Source of the DNA: a virus
Lineage: Duplodnaviria; Caudoviricetes
Reading direction: 5' to 3' (one strand)
DNA: 64,000 bases
IMG/VR virus record: IMGVR_UViG_3300016476_000292
Span: 3,063 to 67,062 of that record
Part shown: piece by piece, positions 9,704-18,835 of the stretch
Layout: the number at the start of each line of letters is the position of its first letter
How positions within the stretch are numbered: the stretch's first letter is position 1
Notes under the pieces: model-generated
What the model was told of the DNA's origin: nothing
The model's database searches: none
Seen by the model: the letters and a program-made list of their open reading frames with translations, nothing else
Made by a program: the position numbers and the translations under genes

Positions 9704-12700
9704 ACGGGCAGAAGCTTCTCTGCCTTACTGTCCACGGCCACCCTGTCTTTTCCCACCGACTTGCGACGCGCACGCTGGATTCTGTCCATCATGGCGTACA
9801 GCTTACGCGCGCCAGCATCAGTGGAACCGTTGCCAAGCTCAGACACAATGCGCGCCGGGATCACAAATTCACCATCAGCAAGACGAGCAGGCTGCCTGCC
9901 CCCAATAGAAGCAGGAATTGAATCGCTAACTCCATCTCCTGGCCCTTTCAATAGTCTGCCGCCATCTGAATAATCGCCAAGGTTGTAACCGCCGCCAGCC
10001 ATACCGCCTTCTGCAAACTGGCTAACACCCTGCTGCTGTTGTGCGCGCAGAGCTGCCATCAGCGCCTCTAAAGACTGTGGCTGTGCCGTCTGGGCATACG
10101 GCTGGAAACCGAACACGTTTTGCGGTTGAGGCGCTGCAAACTGCATACCAGTCTGAAGCGCAGGAGCTTTCTCTGCCGCCTGTGTGGCCAATGTCTGAAG
10201 ACCAAGCTGTTCTTGGAATGTCGGGTTCAGCGGCATCGCGCCTTCCAGTGTCACAGCACCGCGAGTCAGCGGAGCCTGCAACCCTGACGGCGTAGGCTGA
10301 ACGCCAGTAGTGATACCACCCAAGCCAGTGGCTGCTTGTTGCTGCGGCGTGTACTCCAGCACCGTGCCCGGAGCAAAGCGCGGAGTGGGCGTGGGAACCA
10401 AAGGTTGGGTTAACTTGCCCAGATATTCTTGCGATCCCTTCAGAATGCCTTCCAATCCCTGCGGCGTCTGCTGTGCGCCCATGTACTGCTTGAGCTCATC
10501 CATGCTGGGCGTACGTCCAAGAACGTCACGGTAGGCTGTGGATACCTGCTCAGGCGTCAATGATGCCGCCAGACGAGCCTGCTCTGCCAGTGCCTCTTCA
10601 GCGGACTTTTGCTGAGCGGTAAATGCCGACTGGGCCACGGCATTCAGGTTCTGCAAATAAGCAGGCTGCGATTGCAGGAACGTTCGCATCTGATTGAAGT
10701 TGGTGATGTTCGCCTTCTTCATCGCAGCTAGCTCGCCGCTGGTAGGCTGACGTCCCATGTAATACTGGAAGTTTTCCTTGAAGTCGTCATCCGTGTACTT
10801 CATTGATGCCTTAACGTCAGGCGCGTTCATGGCGTACTGCGCAATAGCCGCATCAGTCGTCATGGTTCCCAAGAACTTATTCATCTCGTCAGCAGTAGGA
10901 CGACGGCCAGCAACATCCTCAAACACAGCCGTGATGTCCTTTTCTTCCATCAGGCGCTTGGTCGTGTCATAGCCAGGAACTTTCGTAAACGGCTTGAATT
11001 CTGTAATAGGCTCTGCTTCAGAAGAAGGAATCAGCTTTCCGGTTTTTGGATCTTTGATGTACGCAGGCGTATAACCAGCAGATGACCCAGCTTTAAGTTC
11101 ATCTATCTGCTTTTGTATATAAGCCTTTCCGTTTGTATCCCAATACGGAGTGTTTTCAAGTTGCTTTTGCAGCGCTGCTAGTTTTGCTGGATCTGCGCCA
11201 CCAAGACTTGTAGTCATAGTCTGCGGACGAATAGCCTGAAGACCGGTAGCTTTGCGACCGGTTTCTTCCTGCCAAGCTTGCTTCTCTGCAGTTAGATCTT
11301 CCTGATACTTGTTGTACTTTTCTGTTGCCGCATCGTTTGCAGCCTGCGCCTTTTCTTTCGCTTGAACAGCCTGTTGATATTGCTTGTTCAAGGAAGACGC
11401 ATTTTTTTCTGTAGCCAGCTCTTTGTTGTAGTCAGTCAACTGCTTGGCTGCATCAGCATTGAACTTTGTAACCTCTGCTTTAAAAGCATTCAAGTCGCCA
11501 GTCATGTCCTTGATTTTGCTTGCGTAATCGTTGTTTGTATTTTTTACATCGTTTTCATAATCACGCTTGCGACCAGCAAGACCTTCAGTTCTTTCCCTGT
11601 TTACATCAGCAATTGAAGACTGCAAATCTTTTCTGATGCCAGCCAGCTCGCTGTTTCTGTTTTTCTGGAATTCAGCAAGCTCTTGCTGCATCCTTTTCTT
11701 AGAAGCGGCATCTTTCTCTCGCGCAATATCAGATTGGCGATTCTTGATTTCGTTTGCAGTTTCTTTATTAAAGTCGTTGATCCGATTGTTGTATTCCGCA
11801 TTTAGTTCTTTTGTGCGGTTTGCAACATTTGCCTTTGACTCTTTGTCAAACTCGGCAATCTTTTGGCTGTACTCTTTATTCATCTCAGCCAAACGTGCAG
11901 CTTTTTCCTTGTTGATGGCGGCTATCTGGGCTTGGCTTGCCTTTGTGCGCTCTGCCAGTTCTCTGGCCTTGGCTGCTTTCTCATTGTTGATATCAGCAAC
12001 TTTTGATTTCAAGTCAGAGTACCTGCTTTGCAAAGCTCCGAGATCAGCATACTTTTCAAGATTTTTGATTTTGGCATCAAACTGCTTGAGATCAGTCAGC
12101 TTTGGCTTTTGCACCGTCTTCAGCTTGGAAACAAATCCACCTGTAGCCATGCTGACCAAAGATGTCAGACCGCCGTTGGCAAACTTTTGCTCGCCCGTGT
12201 ACGGATCTACGCGCTGGTAGTCCATCGGCTGGATCACATCTTGCGAGATAGGGTTGTTGCGAGGAACAGCGTAACCATACGGCTTGATCTGCGCCATCGG
12301 GTAATTCTGATTGCCGCCAGTCATGTTCTGCTGGGACATGCGGGCAACTGGCAAATCTGCCAAACCGCCATCAGCAAAGTACCTACGCTCGCCGGTCATG
12401 CTGGGATATGCGCCAGCTTGGTACTGGCCGCCAGACTGGGCGATGCGGTTGTAGGTAGGATTGAACGTGGTGTACTGGGTGGTTTCTTGTCGAGGTTTTT
12501 CTTCTTCTCTAGAAAGAGCAAGCGCGGAAATTCCACCAGCAATTAGTGGCATTTTGTATTTTTTGAGAAACTCTTCGCGAGTTTTGTCGGCAGCCTCGCC
12601 TTGACCTGTAAGAAGGTCAAACGCTTTGCCTGGCATACTTTTGAATTTATCAAACGCAGATGTTGCAGTTTCTACAGACTTTGCGCCCGCTGGCAATCCT

Positions 12701-13341
12701 GTTGTTGCATCAATTCCAGTTTGAACAATTGGAGCCGTTGAAGTTCCGCCCATAGTTCCATAAGCCTGTATTGGCGCAGCGGCAGTAGGAACGGCAGCTT
12801 GGCCAGTTCCAGTAACTGCGGCATTCAAAGCTGCTGGCATAGTTCCGGTCGTAGCGGCGGCAGATGGCGCAACAGCCATATTTGCAAAAGACTGGCCAAT
12901 ACCACTGGTTTTGGCGGCGGCAATATTGGCAGCATTTTGAGCTGCAATGGTTTCTGCTGATCCAAGTGCCCCGGCTGTGCCAGCAGCGCCAGCACCCATC
13001 AAACCAGCGCCAATACCAGCACCACCAAAAGCGCCCAAGCCCATCATCAGACCTTTGCTGAGACTACCTGTGGCAACAGCTCCAGCACCACCCACCATCA
13101 GGGCCGCCATCGGAGCGCCCACGCCCGTAGCAGCAAGCGCAGCGCCAGCTACCATCGGCAAAATGGATGACAGAAAGCCCGCTTCCGGCAAGCCAGTCTC
13201 AGGGTTGATGGTAAGACTTCCACCGTGCGCCATGGCCAAGGATTGAAGCCCGCTGACCTCGCGCGGCGTCATGTGGACGAGAACCTTGTCGTCGCCCCTG
13301 CCGGCGCTCTGGAGATGCTGTGCTAGGGTGTGCAGACTCAT
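9700..13341 (-). CDS. Large internal virion protein with central coiled-coil segment
   Basis: 1213 aa; N-terminal VLVHMTP..V.GL...GGSLTINPETGLPEA and C-terminal GPGDGVSDSIPA...RLADGEFVIPA..VSELGNGS motifs seen in related phage proteins. Confidence 0.65.
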   Translation of the reverse strand: MSLHTLAQHLQSAGRGDDKVLVHMTPREVSGLQSLAMAHGGSLTINPETGLPEAGFLSSILPMVAGAALAATGVGAPMAALMVGGAGAVATGSLSKGLMMGLGAFGGAGIGAGLMGAGAAGTAGALGSAETIAAQNAANIAAAKTSGIGQSFANMAVAPSAAATTGTMPAALNAAVTGTGQAAVPTAAAPIQAYGTMGGTSTAPIVQTGIDATTGLPAGAKSVETATSAFDKFKSMPGKAFDLLTGQGEAADKTREEFLKKYKMPLIAGGISALALSREEEKPRQETTQYTTFNPTYNRIAQSGGQYQAGAYPSMTGERRYFADGGLADLPVARMSQQNMTGGNQNYPMAQIKPYGYAVPRNNPISQDVIQPMDYQRVDPYTGEQKFANGGLTSLVSMATGGFVSKLKTVQKPKLTDLKQFDAKIKNLEKYADLGALQSRYSDLKSKVADINNEKAAKARELAERTKASQAQIAAINKEKAARLAEMNKEYSQKIAEFDKESKANVANRTKELNAEYNNRINDFNKETANEIKNRQSDIAREKDAASKKRMQQELAEFQKNRNSELAGIRKDLQSSIADVNRERTEGLAGRKRDYENDVKNTNNDYASKIKDMTGDLNAFKAEVTKFNADAAKQLTDYNKELATEKNASSLNKQYQQAVQAKEKAQAANDAATEKYNKYQEDLTAEKQAWQEETGRKATGLQAIRPQTMTTSLGGADPAKLAALQKQLENTPYWDTNGKAYIQKQIDELKAGSSAGYTPAYIKDPKTGKLIPSSEAEPITEFKPFTKVPGYDTTKRLMEEKDITAVFEDVAGRRPTADEMNKFLGTMTTDAAIAQYAMNAPDVKASMKYTDDDFKENFQYYMGRQPTSGELAAMKKANITNFNQMRTFLQSQPAYLQNLNAVAQSAFTAQQKSAEEALAEQARLAASLTPEQVSTAYRDVLGRTPSMDELKQYMGAQQTPQGLEGILKGSQEYLGKLTQPLVPTPTPRFAPGTVLEYTPQQQAATGLGGITTGVQPTPSGLQAPLTRGAVTLEGAMPLNPTFQEQLGLQTLATQAAEKAPALQTGMQFAAPQPQNVFGFQPYAQTAQPQSLEALMAALRAQQQQGVSQFAEGGMAGGGYNLGDYSDGGRLLKGPGDGVSDSIPASIGGRQPARLADGEFVIPARIVSELGNGSTDAGARKLYAMMDRIQRARRKSVGKDRVAVDSKAEKLLPV

Positions 13342-13372
13342 AACGCACCTTCAAGAAATTTTGTCAATCGTA

Positions 13373-14044
13373 TCATGTGGACAACCGTGAAACAAAGACT
13401 ATAGAGCCGATTGCCGATGGTATGGCGGGCATCACAAACGGGCTTGTCTGAGCACCGATAGCTTCCATAAAAATGCCATCTGCCGCCGGCGATATAACCC
13501 GCGCTTGGTTTGTCGCCCAGTACAAAGCAATCGGCTGGCCAGCAGTTATCTCAAATGTAACGCTGGAGTATGCAACCAGATAACCATTCACCGATCCGTG
13601 CTTGTTTGGAACCGTAAACTTGCTTGCCGATCCAGCAACCTGATCACCGTTTACTTGCAGCCAGACAAACGCATCATGGATCTGCGAATCAGTGTTTGCA
13701 AATTGCAAGCTGTAATCAATCTTGTAAACGCCGGTGAAATCAGCCGTCGCCGTGCTGTCCGGGTTCAGCGTAAATCCTGACCCTGAATCCAGTTGACTCC
13801 ACAAAACCTTTGTTGCTGTGTTAGTCGTCGTGTACTGATTGGTATTGTCCTGCGCAGCAATATGCGGTAGCTGGAGAAAGCGACCACCGTTGTCACCCAA
13901 AAGACCGGCAAATGCGCCATCAAGCTGGTGAAAGTACAGCCTCAGTACATTGCTGAATTGATCCTGATACTGACGGTTGTAATCTACAGGGCCAACCGGC
14001 AGCGAGGGCGAAACCGGATTAAGCAGTTTAGCAAGAGTTGCCAT
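13373..14044 (-). CDS. Putative tail/virion structural protein
   Basis: 223 aa, beta-rich C-terminal domain, downstream of the tail stabilisation gene. Confidence 0.5.
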   Translation of the reverse strand: MATLAKLLNPVSPSLPVGPVDYNRQYQDQFSNVLRLYFHQLDGAFAGLLGDNGGRFLQLPHIAAQDNTNQYTTTNTATKVLWSQLDSGSGFTLNPDSTATADFTGVYKIDYSLQFANTDSQIHDAFVWLQVNGDQVAGSASKFTVPNKHGSVNGYLVAYSSVTFEITAGQPIALYWATNQARVISPAADGIFMEAIGAQTSPFVMPAIPSAIGSIVFVSRLST

Positions 14045-14049
14045 TTAGG

Positions 14050-16185
14050 CTACCTCCGACCATCAGGTCTGATGTCGATTCTGGGTGCTCCCAGTTGCCA
14101 CTGACAACCTAACTGGTTGGAACTAACCTTGAATGCCATCTGCCGACCACGCAGCCTTGTGTACACAATCTGCGTAAATTCCTGTACTTCGTAGTTCCTG
14201 ACGCCGTTATAACTTTGTGCTGACGTAACTGTTGGCGTTTCTGACGATCCGTAAGGCGCACCAGGATTTTGCCGTGGACGCAAAGTAAACGTGACTTGAG
14301 GCTTGTTTGGCATCGGTGTGCTGGATCCGTCAAACGTGATGTCAGGGATCATCCTCCAGACAAATCCGTAGTTATGTCCATCCCCGATGTCAAAGTCAGA
14401 CGACTGGATGTACGCATTAATCGGCAGGACTGTGCCATTGACCTCTACGTCATCATTACCGCTCTCGTGGTACACAATGGTGTTCTGATACGTAGCGCCC
14501 ATTGGGTTTTCCCTTAACGGGCTGTCCAGCCATGCCGTGCGGCCAAGCGTGCCGTAGTACCAAACCTGATCCAGATAGTTGTAGATCACGTAACGGTCGA
14601 TCACATTACTGCCGGCCGAGCAATAGAACCACCAAACCTCGCTGTAGCCTTCGTTCGTGCCTGCAAAGAACTGATCTTGCTGATCCAGATTGATGTCGCC
14701 AAAGACATACTGGCGCAGCGCACATGGTAACGTTTCCACCCTACCGGTGTAGGCGTAAAACTTGTCCACGCCCATCCAGTACGTAATGTTGTTTGCCGTA
14801 GCCACAGCGTTTTGACTGGCAATCGAGATGTTGTCAGACAAGATGTTGAATCCCCAGACAAACGGCGGCCCCAGATACTGCATCGAAAACACAGCGCTGT
14901 CAGTGAATACCAGAATCTCCTGCCTAGTCTGCTGGGCGGTGACGATCGCCGATCCTGACGATAGGCGGAAGCTGCCGGCTTGATTCGTGATAGCCGGAGC
15001 CCAGACCTGATAATCCTCCTGATCTGACCAGCGAATCAGCATCGGATCCTGTGAAGTGCTGCCGTAGTCATTCACGCCGAACGCGATCACAAACCGGCTG
15101 GAGTCAGAAACCATCACAAAGTTACAGACCGACGGGCAGCTTGTGTCTGTCTGATATATCCCAGAGCTGGAGTTGGATAGCAGAGTTGCGGGCGTGTTAA
15201 ACAGCAGATTGCCCGCGCCTGAATACTCAGGAACCCACATGTACAGCGCACCGCCGCGCGGGTTGATAATCAGGTAATCACCGTAGTTGGCTTCTGACCA
15301 TAGGCGCAGCTGCTGCTGGATGCCAGACGCTGCCGACTGTCCCCAGCCAGTAAACGAGTTGGCTTTGTAGACGATTGTGCCATTTGAGTGAGCCGTGGCA
15401 ACAGTTCCATTGGCTCCGCGAACGCCGCCAGAAAATATCGTGGCAGTGTTGCTGGTGTACGTAGCAAGCTCCTGATCTATCAGGATTGTGCCAGTAGCGT
15501 TTGAGAACCCGGTGGTAGAGGCAACCGTGATATTGGTGTTCGATGAATTTAGACCCAACGTCAGGGTAGTCTGGTTTGTACCCAGCACAAAACCACCCCA
15601 GAGACCAGCACCCCAGCCAGCAGCGTAGCCAAACACAGCTTGGCCAACATTGATCTGATACGTAGCCGTAACCGTACCGCCGCCAGTGGCGTCAGCATTG
15701 GCAGCAGATGGCGCAATGATGGTATAGCTGTTCGTGTTGACGTACGTGATCCGAAACTCACCGTTCAAGGTCAAGCCACCCACAGCCGTAGCCCCTGAGA
15801 ACGTCACATAGTCGCCGTCGATCGCACCGTGATCAGCATCCGTCACAGTGACAATCGTAGAACCATTGACAGTGGTGAACGGGTTGGTAAGCGTAGCCGT
15901 AGCCCTGACAGGCGTAATGTCGTTGTATACACCGCCGCTCTCAACGTAATACTTCAGATTGGTGCCAACGCCCAGCAGGTTGTAACCACGCAGTGTCACC
16001 CAGTTCCACAATGTACGAGCTACACCAAGATAGGTATTACTGGAGATTGGCTGCCAGCCACCAAGCTTCTGCGGGTATCCGGAACGAAAACGGATCTTGT
16101 CGCACTCAAACCAACCGCCCTCGTTGGCGAGCGTCGTTCCTTCCCTATTCAAACCTGGACGCAGCTGCAATTTTTGGAGGGGCAC
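14050..16185 (-). CDS. Tail nozzle/stabilisation protein (P22 gp10 / T7 gp12-like)
   Basis: 711 aa beta-propeller-like repeats (IRWSDQED, WGFNILSDN, WMGVDKFY), C-terminal RLRGRQMAF...WQLG.PRIDIRPDGRR. Confidence 0.65.
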   Translation of the reverse strand: MPLQKLQLRPGLNREGTTLANEGGWFECDKIRFRSGYPQKLGGWQPISSNTYLGVARTLWNWVTLRGYNLLGVGTNLKYYVESGGVYNDITPVRATATLTNPFTTVNGSTIVTVTDADHGAIDGDYVTFSGATAVGGLTLNGEFRITYVNTNSYTIIAPSAANADATGGGTVTATYQINVGQAVFGYAAGWGAGLWGGFVLGTNQTTLTLGLNSSNTNITVASTTGFSNATGTILIDQELATYTSNTATIFSGGVRGANGTVATAHSNGTIVYKANSFTGWGQSAASGIQQQLRLWSEANYGDYLIINPRGGALYMWVPEYSGAGNLLFNTPATLLSNSSSGIYQTDTSCPSVCNFVMVSDSSRFVIAFGVNDYGSTSQDPMLIRWSDQEDYQVWAPAITNQAGSFRLSSGSAIVTAQQTRQEILVFTDSAVFSMQYLGPPFVWGFNILSDNISIASQNAVATANNITYWMGVDKFYAYTGRVETLPCALRQYVFGDINLDQQDQFFAGTNEGYSEVWWFYCSAGSNVIDRYVIYNYLDQVWYYGTLGRTAWLDSPLRENPMGATYQNTIVYHESGNDDVEVNGTVLPINAYIQSSDFDIGDGHNYGFVWRMIPDITFDGSSTPMPNKPQVTFTLRPRQNPGAPYGSSETPTVTSAQSYNGVRNYEVQEFTQIVYTRLRGRQMAFKVSSNQLGCQWQLGAPRIDIRPDGRR

Positions 16186-16226
16186 TTTTCACTCCTGTTT
16201 AGGCATCAACCGAGAGGATAAACATA

Positions 16227-16688
16227 TTAACCTCCTGACTTGTACGGGCGCGTGCCCTTCTTGTCGATGATAAGCGCCATCTTTCTAGGCTTGGCGTCCC
16301 TGGTATTCGGAATGCTCACATGCGTCCAGCCCCCACCACGTACCGGGTCTGAGAATTCGCGGATCACCTGATCGTATGGCAACGTGGATGCAATGATACG
16401 CTTTACTACCTGATCTGGAACCATTCCAGACACACGAATATCTGCCGCTGTGCCATGGCAGTGCTGACTGGTCTTGGAGCCACGGATGGCCGAGTTGACC
16501 TCCTGGCTGCGGTAGGCCGAGTTGATACTGATGGGCTTACCCAGCAGTGCGCGCAGGCTCTCAAGGAAGGCTGCCAGCCGACGGAGGTTCAACAGGTGGT
16601 CGTTCTGCGGAGTGTTGTCTAGCCCGTTCCTTGCGGCGTAGTCGCTGACCGTCAGCTCCTCCAGCGTGAAGTTGGGCGAGAGCTTCAT
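16227..16688 (-). CDS. Peptidase M15A endolysin
   Basis: LSPNFTLEEL...INSAYRS..VN..IRGSKTSQHCHGTAADI...WTHVS: M15 zinc ligands present. Confidence 0.85.
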   Translation of the reverse strand: MKLSPNFTLEELTVSDYAARNGLDNTPQNDHLLNLRRLAAFLESLRALLGKPISINSAYRSQEVNSAIRGSKTSQHCHGTAADIRVSGMVPDQVVKRIIASTLPYDQVIREFSDPVRGGGWTHVSIPNTRDAKPRKMALIIDKKGTRPYKSGG

Positions 16689-17179
16689 TTCTTCATAAGC
16701 TCCTTGGTCTTGTCCTTGCTGCTTTGGCTAGAACCAAAGAAGAAGTTCAGCATCGTAGACACCACCGTGCCCATGATGAAACCAAGAATCACATCAACAA
16801 ACCGCACGCTTTTCTCTGGGATATCTACCAGAGTAATGATCAAGATGTAGGCGATAGCAAAAGCCGACCAAAACCAAGCGAACTGGTACACAAACCGGCG
16901 CACCCAAGGATCGCTATTTTCCATCGCCTTTTCCTGCATGTCTCTGGCATCCTGCGTGTTCTTGAGATCAATCTCTGCCATGAACTCTGCGTGCTTCATG
17001 ACAGCCATTTGCAGATCTACCAGCTTGGAATCATCCAGAACGCCGTCCTCGTTAGGAGTCAGCTTGATCCCAAGCTTCTCCTCGACATGCTCTACGCCCT
17101 TGTCCAGCACGGCGTCAGCGACCTTCTGGAGCCCGGCTCCCGCAAGCTGCGTAAGGATAGGAGCTAGTAATGGCACCAT
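16685..17179 (-). CDS. Holin-like membrane protein (3TM holin family-like)
   Basis: DTQDARDMQ motif plus two hydrophobic helices ending FFFGSS; adjacent to the endolysin. Confidence 0.6.
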   Translation of the reverse strand: MVPLLAPILTQLAGAGLQKVADAVLDKGVEHVEEKLGIKLTPNEDGVLDDSKLVDLQMAVMKHAEFMAEIDLKNTQDARDMQEKAMENSDPWVRRFVYQFAWFWSAFAIAYILIITLVDIPEKSVRFVDVILGFIMGTVVSTMLNFFFGSSQSSKDKTKELMKK

Positions 17180-17592
17180 TATTTCCCCTCCGCAATCACT
17201 TGGTCGTCACCCTTCTTCACGGTAACTTTGCCGTCCTCAACCTCAACTCGCATTGGAGCCTCTTTACGATCCAGCTTGTCCAACTTGTCAATTAGCTGTT
17301 GCATGACGACGAATTCAGGCTTCTCTTCCTTCTGGGACGCGCCAGCTATGCTGTTCAGCATTTGAATCAAGGCCGTCAGAGAAGCACCTAGCAGCCCCAT
17401 GACTGCCGCCATCTTGCCCTCTTCCAGCCACAAACTAGCGACGACGCCGATAACTACAATAGACACAATGGCTGCCAGACCCCATTTGCCGATGGTCTTG
17501 CCAGCCACCTCCTTCGCGGGAGAAGTAGCTTCCAGCTTGGCAAGCTCAACTTCAGCATCCAGCTTTATCTTTTGTAGTTCGGCGTCCATCAA
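17179..17592 (-). CDS. Two-TM membrane protein in the lysis module
   Basis: Two hydrophobic segments; 137 aa. Confidence 0.5.
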   Translation of the reverse strand: MMDAELQKIKLDAEVELAKLEATSPAKEVAGKTIGKWGLAAIVSIVVIGVVASLWLEEGKMAAVMGLLGASLTALIQMLNSIAGASQKEEKPEFVVMQQLIDKLDKLDRKEAPMRVEVEDGKVTVKKGDDQVIAEGK

Positions 17593-17597
17593 TCACC

Positions 17598-17966
17598 TCA
17601 GGCGGCTTGTTGTGCTACCCAGCTAGTCGTAGCCTCATCCCATGAGTACATCTGGCCGTCAGTAGGCATATCTACCGGCGCTTTCCACTGGCAGGTATCC
17701 TCGTTCAGCACCCAGCTTGCGAAAGGCTTGGGCGGGATAAACGCATCACGCTGCTCGTCGTAGGTATAGCCAATACCTGCATAGTTCTTACGGATACGGG
17801 CGTTATAGCTAGTCTGCACCCAACGGCCCCCAAGAAGCCGCTCACAGAAAGCCGCGCCAATGTATTCCTTTTCAACACCATTAGCGTCAGCCGTATCTTT
17901 GTTATCAACAACGATGACTTGTTCGACCACGTTGTTCGGGCCGAGACGGGCAAAGTGGCTCATCAT
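17598..17966 (-). CDS. Conserved phage protein accompanying glycine-rich fibre genes
   Basis: SHFARL..NNVVEQVIVV...WVQTSYNARIRKNYAGIGYTYDEQRDAFIPPKPFASW pattern. Confidence 0.6.
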   Translation of the reverse strand: MMSHFARLGPNNVVEQVIVVDNKDTADANGVEKEYIGAAFCERLLGGRWVQTSYNARIRKNYAGIGYTYDEQRDAFIPPKPFASWVLNEDTCQWKAPVDMPTDGQMYSWDEATTSWVAQQAA

Positions 17967-18571
17967 TCTTCTCCTAGTTGCAGTCCAGTTAAGCTCTCAT
18001 CGACACCAATGTGCCCCTTGAGAAAGGTGTTAAATGCAATGCTGACACGAGTATCGTTGCCGACCTTCGTTTCAACCATGTGCTCAAGATGCGACGGGAA
18101 CAGGATCAAGTCTCCTGCACCAACCTCAAACCACCAGCTCTCAGAGTTCCAGTGATTCCATGTAGCAGGCTGAACCTTGATACGCTCGTAGCCGCTCTTG
18201 TAAAAGTAAATCTTGTCTACCGACCTGTCAGCCTGCGGGTAGAACACACCGCTGATAAAGCTGTTCGGGTGGGCATGTTTGTGGTGATACTGCCCCGGAT
18301 CAGTGTAGTTTGCCCATGACTGCGTGACGTACAAAGCAACATCTCCCTTGGGGTCATGCACTGTTTTGAAGTATTCCAGCATCGCGTCTTCAATAAATTC
18401 ACGGATGTCTGTCAACTCCTTACTAGCCAGTATCTTTCTGTCTGCACTGGTCACGTTGCCTTGGTTCGGGTACTTGTCTTGCCCCATGACGAAGAAAAGC
18501 TCGGACGGCGTTAAGTCACGACCGAGGCGGAAGAACCCAATAGGCAGCGGGAAAAGGTTGTGGATGTTCAT
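17963..18571 (-). CDS. 2OG-Fe(II) oxygenase (TIGR02466-like)
   Basis: HKHAHPNSFISGVFY...GDLILFPSHLEHMV...RVSIAFN. Confidence 0.85.
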   Translation of the reverse strand: MNIHNLFPLPIGFFRLGRDLTPSELFFVMGQDKYPNQGNVTSADRKILASKELTDIREFIEDAMLEYFKTVHDPKGDVALYVTQSWANYTDPGQYHHKHAHPNSFISGVFYPQADRSVDKIYFYKSGYERIKVQPATWNHWNSESWWFEVGAGDLILFPSHLEHMVETKVGNDTRVSIAFNTFLKGHIGVDESLTGLQLGEE

Positions 18572-18828
18572 GCCACCGCCTTCTCAAACTCACGCTGGCG
18601 ACCAAGCAGTTCATCCAGTTGATGCTGTGTCCAGATGGTGTTGATGCTGTCCTCGAAGGCTTTGATCTTCTCCATAGTCTCATGCACTTCTTCCATCGTA
18701 GGACAAGGACGCGGGTCATCCCATAGGCTGAAGAAGTTGTTGGTGATCTCCCAACGCGCACCCGGACGTAGCAGGTGCATCGCTGTATCAATGCCCACTA
18801 ACATGTAGACCTTTTTCTCCATTCTCAC
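18568..18828 (-). CDS. Small hypothetical protein (fibre-associated)
   Basis: 86-aa ORF with RBS, 4-nt overlap with the downstream gene. Confidence 0.55.
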   Translation of the reverse strand: MRMEKKVYMLVGIDTAMHLLRPGARWEITNNFFSLWDDPRPCPTMEEVHETMEKIKAFEDSINTIWTQHQLDELLGRQREFEKAVA

Positions 18829-18835
18829 TCTCCTT

